Virus record (IMG/VR): IMGVR_UViG_3300026911_000003 | Location: 1 to 26,152 of that record | Length of the DNA: 26,152 nucleotides | DNA from: a virus | Lineage: Duplodnaviria > Caudoviricetes | Direction: 5' to 3' (one strand) | Shown here: one piece after another, positions 7,654-16,877 of the stretch | How positions within the stretch are numbered: position 1 is the stretch's first letter | Layout of the letters: each line of letters starts with the position of its first letter | Position numbers and translations under genes: made by a program | Notes under the pieces: generated by a model | Database searches by the model: none | Seen by the model: only the letters and a program-made list of their open reading frames with translations | Told to the model about the DNA's origin: nothing

Positions 7654-7850
7654 TGGGCAGGCTAACCTCCAAGGAACGCAACGAGTTGCCCAAGGGCGAT
7701 TTCGCTGGTCCTAAAGGTTCGTATCCCATCCCGGATAAGGGACACGCCCGCGCGGCGCTGTCTCGTGTTTCTGAATACGGCGACCCAGAATTGAAGGAGC
7801 GCGTCCGCCGAAAGGTGCGCGAGAAATTCCCCGATATCAAACTGAGCTAA
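7653..7850 (+). CDS. Small basic phage protein (DUF6582-like)
   Basis: LTSKERNELPKGDFAGP..SYPIPDKGHARAALSRV pattern recognised from memory; coupled TAATG start. Confidence 0.7.
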   Translation: MGRLTSKERNELPKGDFAGPKGSYPIPDKGHARAALSRVSEYGDPELKERVRRKVREKFPDIKLS

Positions 7851-7855
7851 ACATT

Positions 7856-7876
7856 GGCCCCTCGAGGGGCCTTTTT
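7856..7876 (+). terminator. Rho-independent terminator closing the head gene block
   Basis: GGCCCC-TCGA-GGGGCC followed by TTTTT. Confidence 0.85.
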
Positions 7877-7890
7877 CTTAGGGACATTAG

Positions 7891-8211
7891 ATGCCGCTTT
7901 TCCAGACGCAGACTTATACGACGGCGGCGACTACGCCCTCCATTAATCTCGATCCGTCTATCGTTCCGTTTAATGCTGCAGTAATGTGTACGCTGACTGG
8001 CACCGCGAGCTATCGCATGCAGTACAGCCTGACGCCGTTCACTGTCGCAGACGCCTCGGCCAATTGGGTGGACAGCGGCGATATCCCAGCCGGAACTACG
8101 ACGAGCGCGGTGAGCGGGTTCATTACGCCTGTGTCGCGCATCCGATTGGTGATTGCCTCAATCAGCGGGTCCATTGTTCTTGAAGTCACCCAGGGCTTCT
8201 CGACTAACTGA
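7891..8211 (+). CDS. Small virion beta-rich protein
   Basis: 106 aa, AGGGA SD, TGATG-coupled to the next gene. Confidence 0.7.
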   Translation: MPLFQTQTYTTAATTPSINLDPSIVPFNAAVMCTLTGTASYRMQYSLTPFTVADASANWVDSGDIPAGTTTSAVSGFITPVSRIRLVIASISGSIVLEVTQGFSTN

Positions 8212-8900
8212 TGGCGTCATCCAGCGGTACGTTTTCCTTCAACCTCTCGAACGCCAGCATCGCACAGCAGGCGTTCGCGCGCATTCAAGTCAGGCGCCCG
8301 CAGATCCTCGCGGAGCACATGGCGGACGCCTACGCTGAAACTAACCTTATGCTGCAGGGCCTTTCAAACCTGGCCCCTAACCTTTGGACTGTTGATCTGG
8401 TGTCAGTCCCGCTAGTTCAAGGCACGGCAACCTATAGCGTCGATCCGTCGATCATCATGATCCTGGATGCGTATATTTCGTTCGTTAATTCGCCTGCAAG
8501 CGATCGACTTATCTTCCCGATATCGCGTACCGAATATGCCTCCTACCCAAACAAGCAGGCTCAGGGCACGCCTTCGGTGTTCTGGCTTGATCGCTTGATT
8601 GATCCGTCAGTTACGCTCTGGTATGTGCCGGATCAATCCGGGACGTACACGCTAAATTACTATGCGTGCCGGCAAATTCAGGATGCAAACTTCCCGGCCG
8701 GCGAGGTGCCAAACGTGCCGTCGCGATGGCTGGATTACATGGTGGCTGGTTTGGCTCATCGTATGGCGCGGATCTATGCGCCGGCCGTTGAAGCGGCTCG
8801 CAAGGCAGACGCTGACGAGGCGTGGAAAATCGCCGCAACGGCTGATGTCGAGAATGTTGACTTAGTTCTGGCCCCTCAACTTGAAAATTATTATCGATAG
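8211..8900 (+). CDS. Head-tail adaptor/connector protein
   Basis: NLWT...LVQGTATY, ISRTEYASYPNK..QGTPSVFW and VPSRWLDYMVAGLA are a typical podoviral adaptor pattern. Confidence 0.7.
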   Translation: MASSSGTFSFNLSNASIAQQAFARIQVRRPQILAEHMADAYAETNLMLQGLSNLAPNLWTVDLVSVPLVQGTATYSVDPSIIMILDAYISFVNSPASDRLIFPISRTEYASYPNKQAQGTPSVFWLDRLIDPSVTLWYVPDQSGTYTLNYYACRQIQDANFPAGEVPNVPSRWLDYMVAGLAHRMARIYAPAVEAARKADADEAWKIAATADVENVDLVLAPQLENYYR

Positions 8901-8948
8901 ATGAGAACGACGGACTATAATGCAAGTGATTTGCCGAGGGGTGATCGC

Positions 8949-9923
8949 ATGCAAACGATAGTCTATATGGCAACAAACCGCGTCAATGGTAAGCGGTACG
9001 TTGGTTATACTTCAAAAACCCTCCTTAGACGCCGCCGTCAGCACGAATTTTCAGCGCTTTCTCTTCGTGGTGAGTGCCGTGCATTTCACGCAGCCATTAG
9101 AAAATATGGCGCCGAGGCTTTTGATTGGCACGTCCTGAGCGAGCATCTGTCTAGGGAAGACGGTATTCAGGCGGAGATATGTCAAATCGCTGAATTGCGG
9201 CCCGCATATAATATCTCCAAGGGAGGCCAAGGAACTAATGGAGTTCCGTGGACGGAAGAAAGAAGGATTCTGTTTTCCAGGCTAATGAAGGGCAGGGTAA
9301 TGTCACCCGAGGCTCGGGTTAAATGGAAAAAGACTTATAACGAGAATGGATATATTAATCGTATTCTTTGCCTAGATGATGGTCGAGTATTTAAGAACGC
9401 TGTAGAGGCGGCAAAACATTACGGCTGCGATAGTGCTAGCATCAATCAATGTTGTGCTGGGAGAGCCATTTCGGCCGCCGGATATATGTTCGTAAAATAT
9501 ACAAACGATGTCGACCATGCCTCACGTATGGAAATGATCCAAAGCGCAAAAGAAGCATCTCGATTAAAACGAAGCCTATCCAAGATAGGACATCTTGTCA
9601 GCGAAGAGACCAGACGAAAGATCGGTGCGGCAAACGTTGGCAGTAAGCGCCGGGTAGGGAAATTCCACTCGCAAGAAACCAAAAACGGGCTTCGCGAGCA
9701 CGGTCTCAAAAATGTAGACAGGTTTAAACAATTTTCACATCTAGGCCCCAAAGCGGTATCTCGGAAAGTAATTTGTGTTGATGACGGTTCGGTTCACGAA
9801 AGTGCATCAGCCGCCGCCCTTGCATATAAAGTGGCCAAAAGCGCTCTTATCGAATTGTGCTTGGGGCGTCGCGGTAGAAAAACAGTCGGCGGTCTGCGAT
9901 TTAAATATGAGGAAGTGGCTTAA
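8949..9923 (+). CDS. Free-standing GIY-YIG homing endonuclease with NUMOD3 and two NUMOD1-like HTH domains
   Basis: IVYMATNRVNGKRYVG..R...H catalytic motif and YN; SEETRRKIG and HSQETK repeats; two (I/V)xCxDDG HTH modules. SD GAGGGG favours ATG 8949 over 8901. Low GC. Confidence 0.88.
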   Translation: MQTIVYMATNRVNGKRYVGYTSKTLLRRRRQHEFSALSLRGECRAFHAAIRKYGAEAFDWHVLSEHLSREDGIQAEICQIAELRPAYNISKGGQGTNGVPWTEERRILFSRLMKGRVMSPEARVKWKKTYNENGYINRILCLDDGRVFKNAVEAAKHYGCDSASINQCCAGRAISAAGYMFVKYTNDVDHASRMEMIQSAKEASRLKRSLSKIGHLVSEETRRKIGAANVGSKRRVGKFHSQETKNGLREHGLKNVDRFKQFSHLGPKAVSRKVICVDDGSVHESASAAALAYKVAKSALIELCLGRRGRKTVGGLRFKYEEVA

Positions 9924-10330
9924 TGAGTGGACCTTGGCATCCAACGGGTAGGGCCAAGGTAAGTGTAAGTAGTCCGACTGCTCATGCGATTTGTGATCGG
10001 TGCGGCTGTCGCGTTCAGCATTCAAGCCTGTCGTGGCAATTCCAGTGGAGTGGAACGAAGTTGCAGAATCTTCGGATTCTGGTTTGTCCCGAATGCCTCG
10101 ACACCCCGCAGCCGGCACTTAAGACGATCATCATCCCGCCCGATCCGATTCCGATTTACAATCCTCGCCCTGAGCAATACGCGATTGTCGAGCCCTCCTT
10201 CATCGCGACTGAAACGCCGCCGTTCATGGGCTCGGATGTTACGACAGAGGCGGGCGATGATTTGATTTGGGAATCGGAGACGACGCCGCTGCCTGATCCG
10301 AACAATCCTGCACTGTACCCGCCGGACTAA
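9923..10330 (+). CDS. Cys-containing (CxxC x2) tail-module protein
   Basis: AICDRCG...LVCPECLD.PQP; Pro/acidic C-terminus. Confidence 0.75.
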   Translation: MSGPWHPTGRAKVSVSSPTAHAICDRCGCRVQHSSLSWQFQWSGTKLQNLRILVCPECLDTPQPALKTIIIPPDPIPIYNPRPEQYAIVEPSFIATETPPFMGSDVTTEAGDDLIWESETTPLPDPNNPALYPPD

Positions 10331-12352
10331 ATGTCAAACATTCCGATAAGCTCTCTCCCGATCGCGATATCGCTGACCGGCAGCGAACCTGTGCCCTTGG
10401 TGCAGGCCGGCACGACCAAGACAGCGACTGTTTCGCTCATCAACGCTTCGAATATTGCGAATATCCCTGCTGGTGGCCTAACCGGTCAGGGCCTCGTCAA
10501 GCAGTCGAACACGAACTACGATACGACTTGGAAAACCGTTCAAGGCTTCGGCACGGTTCAAGAAGTTGATACCGGCACTGGCCTGACCGGCGGTCCTGTC
10601 ACGGTGACGGGCACGGTGTCGCTGGCTCCGATCGCCACGCATACCTTGTTGGCGAACGTCACGGCGGGCAGTGCGGCGCCGATCCCAAATACCCCGTCCG
10701 CAGTATTAGATACGATCGGCGCGGCTCAGGGCGATATTCTCTATCGCGACACGGCCGGCTGGCAGGTTCTCGCGCCAGGCACAACTGGACAGATCCTCAA
10801 GACGCAAGGGGCTGGCGCCAACCCGGTCTGGTCGGCTACGGGCGCGGGTTCGGTCACGTCGGTTGGCCTAGCGCTTCCGAGCATCTTCACGGTCTCTGGT
10901 AGCCCTGTAACAGTCACCGGAACGCTCACGGGAACTTTGGCTACTCAAACCGCCAATACCCACTTTGCCGGCCCTGCGACGGGTGCCGCTGCGGTTCCAA
11001 CGTTCAGGGCGCTGGTTGGGGCGGATTTGCCCAACCCCTCGCCCAGCACCTTGGGCGGCGTTCAATCGGCCGTTGCGGTGAGCCACCAGTGGATCAATTC
11101 GATTTCCACTTCTGGCGTGCCGGCGCTATCGCAGCCAGCTTTCACGGACATCTCGGGGGTGGCGAGCGCAGCTCAGCTACCCACGCCGACAACGACGACA
11201 TTAGGCGGCATCCAGGCGATCAATCCGGTTACGTCAAACTGGATCCGGTCGATTAGTACCTCGGGTGTCCCGCAGCTTTCGCAGCCAACGTTTACCGACA
11301 TCTCGGGGAGTGCTGCGCTGTCTCAGTTGCCGTCACTGGGCAACAATGCGATTCTGTCCAATATCTCGGGCGGTTCTGCAACTCCGCTGGGCAACACCCT
11401 GTCTTCGATTCTTGACTCGTCGATTGCAGCGACCCAAGGCGAGATCATTTACCGAAATGCCACGACTTGGGTAGGTCTTAACCCGGGTGCATCTGGTCAG
11501 GTTCTGACAAGCGGTGGCACGTCAGCTAATCCGTCATGGGCGACGGTATCAGGCACCGGCACCGTCACTAATATTGCGACCAACAATGGCCTGACGGGCG
11601 GCCCGATTACAACTACTGGCACAATCGGGTTGGCTACGATTGCCACAGGCAATGTGCTGGCGAACACGACGGGCGCGACGGCTGTTCCTGCGGCAACGTC
11701 CCCAAGTGCCGTGCTGGACGTAATTGGAAACGTTCAGGGCGACATACTATATCGAAGCGCCTCCGTGTGGGCTGTATTGGCGCCGGGCACTGCGGGCCAA
11801 CATTTGCAGACCGGCGGAGCAGGCTCAACGCCGAGCTGGGCGAACTCTGTCACGAGCGTCGCTACGGGATCGGGGCTTACGGGCGGTACGATCACCACGA
11901 CTGGGACGATTGCCATCAATCCGGGGACAGTCCCCGGTATCACATCATCGGTCGCGGCAGCCGCGGCCGGCATCGTCGGTGAAGTTATTACGTCGTCGGC
12001 TACGACAACGGCCCTGACATCGGGAACAGGCGCAGCCATTACCAGTATCACTCTCACTGCAGGCGATTGGGATATTTCTTTCACTGCGAACGGAACGACC
12101 AGCAGTAGCACGTCCATTACAGATTGGTCCTTTGTTGTATCAACCACCTCGGCATCAACTACTCCTATAGCCAACTCGCTTCTTCTTCACGAGCGCGTGC
12201 CAGCTGAAGCCGACCATAGCGCGTCATTTGCTCACACCGCAATTCAGGTTTTGCTATCGGCTAGCACGACTTACTTTCTAAATGTTGTGTCGACGTTTAC
12301 CGGAACGGCGCCGACCGCGACTGGTATTCTCCGAGCCAGGAGAATGCGGTGA
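10331..12352 (+). CDS. Tail fibre / long repetitive structural protein
   Basis: MSNIPISSLP-type N-terminus, T/G/S/A-rich repeats, and a C-terminal ITSITLTAGDWDI...RARR domain. Confidence 0.8.
   Translation: MSNIPISSLPIAISLTGSEPVPLVQAGTTKTATVSLINASNIANIPAGGLTGQGLVKQSNTNYDTTWKTVQGFGTVQEVDTGTGLTGGPVTVTGTVSLAPIATHTLLANVTAGSAAPIPNTPSAVLDTIGAAQGDILYRDTAGWQVLAPGTTGQILKTQGAGANPVWSATGAGSVTSVGLALPSIFTVSGSPVTVTGTLTGTLATQTANTHFAGPATGAAAVPTFRALVGADLPNPSPSTLGGVQSAVAVSHQWINSISTSGVPALSQPAFTDISGVASAAQLPTPTTTTLGGIQAINPVTSNWIRSISTSGVPQLSQPTFTDISGSAALSQLPSLGNNAILSNISGGSATPLGNTLSSILDSSIAATQGEIIYRNATTWVGLNPGASGQVLTSGGTSANPSWATVSGTGTVTNIATNNGLTGGPITTTGTIGLATIATGNVLANTTGATAVPAATSPSAVLDVIGNVQGDILYRSASVWAVLAPGTAGQHLQTGGAGSTPSWANSVTSVATGSGLTGGTITTTGTIAINPGTVPGITSSVAAAAAGIVGEVITSSATTTALTSGTGAAITSITLTAGDWDISFTANGTTSSSTSITDWSFVVSTTSASTTPIANSLLLHERVPAEADHSASFAHTAIQVLLSASTTYFLNVVSTFTGTAPTATGILRARRMR
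10550..11920 (+). repeat. Interleaved protein-level repeats in the fibre gene
   Basis: 4x (G)(T/S)VTxV.TG.GLTGG.(I/V)T.TGT; 3x LD.I...QG(D/E)I(L/I)YR....W..L.PG..GQ.L...G....P.W; 2x 50-aa unit with a 150-nt period starting at 11027 and 11177. Confidence 0.85.
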
Positions 12353-13056
12353 ATTACACCGATCTTGTCAATACGATTTCAAATCTGACAGTTATCCAGA
12401 GCACAGACCCGAACTTCACTCAGGTTTTCCCGCAGGCCATTACCTACGCCGAAGATCGATTGTATCGCGAGCTTGATCTTCTCTCGACGGTTACACGAGA
12501 TAGCGCGCCGCTTACGGCGTCTAATAGAAACTTTACGTTGCCTTCGAACAACGGACGGTTTGTCGTTACGAACGGGTTTAATCTGATCACGCCCGCTGGC
12601 ACGACAGTGCCGGACAGCGGCACGCGCATTCAGTTAATCCCGACCTCGCGAGATTATCTGGATAATGTTGGTGGCTCACCCTCCTACATAGGGCAGCCGA
12701 CGAGCTTCGCGATGATCACGGACCAAACGATTATTGTCGGGCCCCAGTGGCCGGACGCTGCTTATACGCTTGAGGTTATAGGGGTCATTCAGCCTGCGCC
12801 GTTGAGTGTGACGAATCCGACTACCTTTCTTAGTTTGTATCTCCCCGATCTTTTGACCGCTGCTGTGATGGTATTCATGGCCGGCTATCAGCAGAACTTC
12901 GGATCGCAGGCCGACAACCCTGAGCAAGCGCAAAGCTGGCAAGGGCAGTATGACAAGCTGTTTGCCTCGGCTCAGACTGTCGAGCTTAGAAAGAAATACG
13001 AGTCCGGCGGTTGGTCCTCACTATCCGCTGCTCCGACCGCCGCACCCTCAAGATAA
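12349..13056 (+). CDS. Tail tubular/adaptor-type protein
   Basis: MNYTDLV...ITYAEDRLYRELD...GPQWPDAAYTLEV...YLPDLL pattern; GTGA-coupled start. Confidence 0.7.
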   Translation: MNYTDLVNTISNLTVIQSTDPNFTQVFPQAITYAEDRLYRELDLLSTVTRDSAPLTASNRNFTLPSNNGRFVVTNGFNLITPAGTTVPDSGTRIQLIPTSRDYLDNVGGSPSYIGQPTSFAMITDQTIIVGPQWPDAAYTLEVIGVIQPAPLSVTNPTTFLSLYLPDLLTAAVMVFMAGYQQNFGSQADNPEQAQSWQGQYDKLFASAQTVELRKKYESGGWSSLSAAPTAAPSR

Positions 13057-13068
13057 TAGAGTAATCCT

Positions 13069-14043
13069 TTGGCTGATCCGAATACCGTCAACATTGCATT
13101 GGCTATCCCATCCCGTGGATCGGACGTTGGCACTTGGGACACGCCAGTCAATTCTGACTTCAACGCGATCGATGGTTATTTGGGAGGCGTCCAAACAATC
13201 TCGGTTTCGAATGCACCGGTTACGCTGACCGCGCCAACTGGGACGATCACGCCAAGCGCAGGTCCGACACAAGCGCAGAATGCTGTGTTGAGGGCAACAG
13301 GAACATTAACTGCAGACGTTCAGGTCACCCTTCCGCTGCCTGGCTACTACATCATCGAAAATCTGACGACTGGGAATTTCATACTCCAATTAAAGGGTGC
13401 CGCTGCGGGCGAGGTTATTGCGATCGACCAAGGTGAGTCATTGCACGCGTACAACGACGGCGCCAACGTGCGTTTCTGCAATTTCGGCCGCATTGGTCAC
13501 ACTGAGTTGTGGGGCGGCCTTACAGGAATGCCGCGGTGGGTTACCTCGTGCACCAAGCCTCCGTTTCTTCTCTGTGATGGCTCAATTTATAATTTCTCAA
13601 CTTACCCATATCTTGGTGCCCGCCTTGGCGGGGCGTTCGGAGGCAATGGGATCACAACATTTGGCGTGCCGGATCTTAGCGGCCGTCTGGGCCTACCTTA
13701 TGACAAGACCAATAGCCGTATCACAGTCGGTGGGTGCGGTATCAACGGTCAGTTGATCGGGGCGGCCGGCGGTTTGCAGAATGAAACCCTGCTAACGGCC
13801 AATCTTCCTCCGTATACGCCATCTGGCGCCGTAGCAACTACGCTTAATGCTGCAAACGGACAGGGCGTTATTCCGGCGGCTGGAGGACCAGTAAATATAG
13901 GCGGCTCTGGTAGTGGCGGCACCCTCAACCCTCTATCTGCGAATTCATCATTTACGGGAACGCCACAAGGCGGGAGTAGCGCGCCGGTTATCACCATGCC
14001 CCCGTCTCAGGTCGTTGGCATCGCCGTGATCCGCGCCGCCTAA
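13069..14043 (+). CDS. Tail collar-domain fibre protein
   Basis: FLLCDGS..NFSTYPYL...LGGAFGGNGITTFGVPDLSGR is the phage tail collar motif; N-terminal GTWDTPVNSDF; TTG start. Confidence 0.85.
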   Translation: MADPNTVNIALAIPSRGSDVGTWDTPVNSDFNAIDGYLGGVQTISVSNAPVTLTAPTGTITPSAGPTQAQNAVLRATGTLTADVQVTLPLPGYYIIENLTTGNFILQLKGAAAGEVIAIDQGESLHAYNDGANVRFCNFGRIGHTELWGGLTGMPRWVTSCTKPPFLLCDGSIYNFSTYPYLGARLGGAFGGNGITTFGVPDLSGRLGLPYDKTNSRITVGGCGINGQLIGAAGGLQNETLLTANLPPYTPSGAVATTLNAANGQGVIPAAGGPVNIGGSGSGGTLNPLSANSSFTGTPQGGSSAPVITMPPSQVVGIAVIRAA

Positions 14044-16065
14044 ATGTCGATTGTCCCGCTGAAGCTTATCCCGGGCGTCCGGGCAGACTTCACGCCTACT
14101 CTTAACCAAGCCGGCATTTCGTCGTGCAATCTAATTCGTTTTAAGGACCAGCTACCGCAGAAACTTGGAGGTTGGTCTAAATTCTACCCGTTTTCCTTGG
14201 CCGGAATCCCCCGGGATATGCACGGTTGGGCAGACCTGAATGCGACTAACCATTTGGCGGTCGGTACGACAACGCAATTGGTCATTATCACCAACGGGTC
14301 GCTACAGGACATCACTCCGCAGACGCTGCTGTCGAATTCAACGCCGAACTTCTCTACCGTCATCAACACACCAACAGTAACGATCGTCGACCCTGGTATC
14401 AACAACGTCACGACGTTCGACGCGGTTTTCTTCAATACTCCGGTTGCAGTAGGCGGCTTAGTTCTTCAGGGCCTGTTTCCGATTGTTCAGGTCACAGGCG
14501 CCACCAGCTACCAGATCACGGCTGCAGCCAACGCTACCTCGACCGTCAACAACGGCGGTTCGGTTCCAACGTTCACAACGAGCACGGGAAGCCCGACTGT
14601 TCTTGTTGGATTGACGAACCACGGGCAGTCAGTTGGGGATACTTTTGATTTCCCGATATCGACCACGATCGGCGGCATCACGATCAACGGCATCTATCCG
14701 ATTAGCGCGGTCCCGGATGCGAACGATTTCGACGTAACAGGCAACGTCCAGGCCACGTCGTCGACCACGGTATCGATGAACGCTGGGAAGGCGCAACTTC
14801 TCTATTACATCTCTCTCGGTCCTACGGCGGTCGGTACGGGCTACGGCCTTGGGGGCTACGGCTTGGGAGGTTACGGGACTGGCGTTGTACCAAGTTCCCA
14901 GACCGGCACGCCGATTACGACTACGGACTGGACCTTGGATAACTGGGGCCAGGATCTTCTAGCCAACCCCAAGGGCGGCGGGATTTATTACTGGCAGCCG
15001 AATGCGGGCTTCCAGACCGGACAGCTTATTGCGACCGGGCCGGTGTTCAACAACGGCATCTTCGTTGCGATGCCGGAGCAGATTCTGGTTGCTTACGGTT
15101 CGACCTCGATCGGTCAGCAGCAGGATCCGTTGACGGTTCGCTGGTCGGACTCGCAAGATTTTACGCAGTGGGCGGTGACGGACCAGACCCAGGCGGGCTC
15201 GTTTCGCTTGCCCACGGGGTCATTGATTGTCGGCGGCCTTCAAGGGCCTCAACAGGCATTGCTTTGGACCGACATCGACGTTTACGCGATGCAGTACCTC
15301 GGCCCTCCCTTTGTGTTCGGATTCAATAAGCTGAGTTCAGGGTGCGGATTGATCGGGCCGCATGCGCGCGCTGAAATGCGCGGCAATGTGTACTGGATGT
15401 CGATGGGCAGTTTCTTTGTCCTATCGGGCAACGGCGTCCAGGAAATACCGTGCTCGGTGTGGGATGTGGTGTTTCAGAATTTGAACACTGCAAATCAGTT
15501 GAAGTGCGTTGCTGCGCCGAACAGCCAGTTTGACGAAATGTCGTTTTTCTATCCGTCTCTGGCAAGCACGGGTGAGTGTGATTCCTACGTCAAGATCAAC
15601 GTGAATGACGGGTCATGGGATTACGGTACGCTGTCGCGGTGCGCCTGGATTGACCAGTCTGTTTTGGGCCAGCCGATCGGGGCGACGCCTTCGGGGATTA
15701 TCTACCAGCACGAGACCTCGAACGACGCCGACGGGCAACCGCTGGTGTCGACATTTACGACGGGATATTTCGTTCTGACCGAAGGTCAGGACTTGATGTT
15801 CTGCGATTGGCTATTCCCCGACATGAAATGGGGTTTCTTCGATGGACCGCAAACAGCGTCGATCCAGATTACGATTAATGTCGTCGACTATCCGAACGAT
15901 GCGCCTGTTGTATTCGGCCCATTCACGATGACGAATGCCATCGAGTACATCAACCTTCGGCTCCGCGGCAGGCAGATCAGCCTGACATTTACCAGTTCGG
16001 ACCTGGGGTCGTTCTGGCGGTTGGGGCAAATCAGGATCCGGACAGCCAAGGCAGGTAGACGCTGA
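14044..16065 (+). CDS. Tail nozzle / tubular protein B-like (beta-propeller)
   Basis: 673 aa. WTLDNWGQDL, VRWSD.QDF..W, GCGLIGPHA, VYWM and C-terminal RLRGRQ..WRLG are typical of podoviral nozzles. Contains a GYGLGGYGLGGYG repeat. Confidence 0.75.
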   Translation: MSIVPLKLIPGVRADFTPTLNQAGISSCNLIRFKDQLPQKLGGWSKFYPFSLAGIPRDMHGWADLNATNHLAVGTTTQLVIITNGSLQDITPQTLLSNSTPNFSTVINTPTVTIVDPGINNVTTFDAVFFNTPVAVGGLVLQGLFPIVQVTGATSYQITAAANATSTVNNGGSVPTFTTSTGSPTVLVGLTNHGQSVGDTFDFPISTTIGGITINGIYPISAVPDANDFDVTGNVQATSSTTVSMNAGKAQLLYYISLGPTAVGTGYGLGGYGLGGYGTGVVPSSQTGTPITTTDWTLDNWGQDLLANPKGGGIYYWQPNAGFQTGQLIATGPVFNNGIFVAMPEQILVAYGSTSIGQQQDPLTVRWSDSQDFTQWAVTDQTQAGSFRLPTGSLIVGGLQGPQQALLWTDIDVYAMQYLGPPFVFGFNKLSSGCGLIGPHARAEMRGNVYWMSMGSFFVLSGNGVQEIPCSVWDVVFQNLNTANQLKCVAAPNSQFDEMSFFYPSLASTGECDSYVKINVNDGSWDYGTLSRCAWIDQSVLGQPIGATPSGIIYQHETSNDADGQPLVSTFTTGYFVLTEGQDLMFCDWLFPDMKWGFFDGPQTASIQITINVVDYPNDAPVVFGPFTMTNAIEYINLRLRGRQISLTFTSSDLGSFWRLGQIRIRTAKAGRR

Positions 16066-16355
16066 TGGGCGAGGATTTTGTCAATTCGCTTGGCGGCGCT
16101 GCTCCAGGCGGCGGTCAGTCCGGCGGCGCGAATACCAACACGACCGCCGATCAGCTCCGCAATCAGGTTCTGTCACAGCTTACAACGACGCTTCAGGATG
16201 TAGTTGACGCGTTGCAAGCAGCATTCCCGCAGGCGGCGACCAATCTGGCCACGACTGCAACGGCCGGCACCCATGCGGTCCCGACTAATGCGGTGTTCTT
16301 TATGCCCGTTGTGATCAATGGGGTGACCTACAAGGTGGCTTTATATGGCCCGTGA
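16065..16355 (+). CDS. Small tail-associated protein
   Basis: 96 aa; helical middle and a C-terminal FMPVVINGVTYKVALY beta-hairpin; TGATG coupling. Confidence 0.65.
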   Translation: MGEDFVNSLGGAAPGGGQSGGANTNTTADQLRNQVLSQLTTTLQDVVDALQAAFPQAATNLATTATAGTHAVPTNAVFFMPVVINGVTYKVALYGP

Positions 16356-16779
16356 TAAAGTCAAGAAGGCCCTTCGCATCGTTCGCAAGGCCAACGGCGG
16401 CGGTGTGTTCTCGGGGTATATCCATGGGACAACGGGCGGCCGAACGGATAACAAGCCGATTGATGTCGGAAGCGGATCATACGTGATCCCAGCCGATATC
16501 CTGAGCGGATTGGGCGAAGGAAATTCGCACGCTGGCTGGGCTGCGTTGCAGTCACAGCTTGGCATTGGTGCGCCGATGAAAGCCGATGGTGGGTCAGTAG
16601 GAGACCCGACGCCAATTGTTGCTGCATCCGGCGAAGCGGTATTAGATCCCGCAACGGTTGCCAAGGTTGGGGGTGGGGATATCGACCGCGGCCATAAAGT
16701 GCTTGACGCTCTGGTGAAGCACGTCCGCTCAAAGACGATCAAGAAGTTGAAGTCGCTCCCGGCGCCCAAGAAAAACTAG
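16345..16779 (+). CDS. Internally duplicated protein with two xxGGxV motifs, function unknown
   Basis: Basic leader, then two units: PIDVGSGSYVIPADILSGLGEGNSHAG and PIVAASGEAVLDPATVAKVGGGDIDRG. Confidence 0.8.
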   Translation: MARDKVKKALRIVRKANGGGVFSGYIHGTTGGRTDNKPIDVGSGSYVIPADILSGLGEGNSHAGWAALQSQLGIGAPMKADGGSVGDPTPIVAASGEAVLDPATVAKVGGGDIDRGHKVLDALVKHVRSKTIKKLKSLPAPKKN

Positions 16780-16796
16780 GTATTTAGGGGGAAATC

Positions 16797-16877
16797 TGCT
16801 ATAAAGACGAAGCCTGTCAGTGTCTCACCACTGACAAGCTTCTGGCCAAACGAACTGATTGGGAGTCCGAAATGGTT
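16797..16877 (+). promoter_or_regulatory. Extended -10 promoter plus two-hairpin leader of the HNH gene
   Basis: TGCTATAAA (16797-16805); hairpin GAAGC-C-TGTCAGTG/CACTGACA-A-GCTTC (16809-42); weaker second stem (16844-77) enclosing GGGAG and the ATG. Confidence 0.6.

Noticed and set aside
10550-11920. CRISPR array or diversity-generating retroelement repeats
   Set aside because: Repeats are in-frame protein repeats with synonymous divergence. There are no identical spaced DNA repeats, no adenine-specific TR/VR pair and no reverse transcriptase.
14833-14883. GGCTACGGC(C/T)T(T/G)GG short tandem repeat as a contingency locus
   Set aside because: It encodes the GYGLGGYGLGGYG peptide with varied codons, so it is a protein-level motif.
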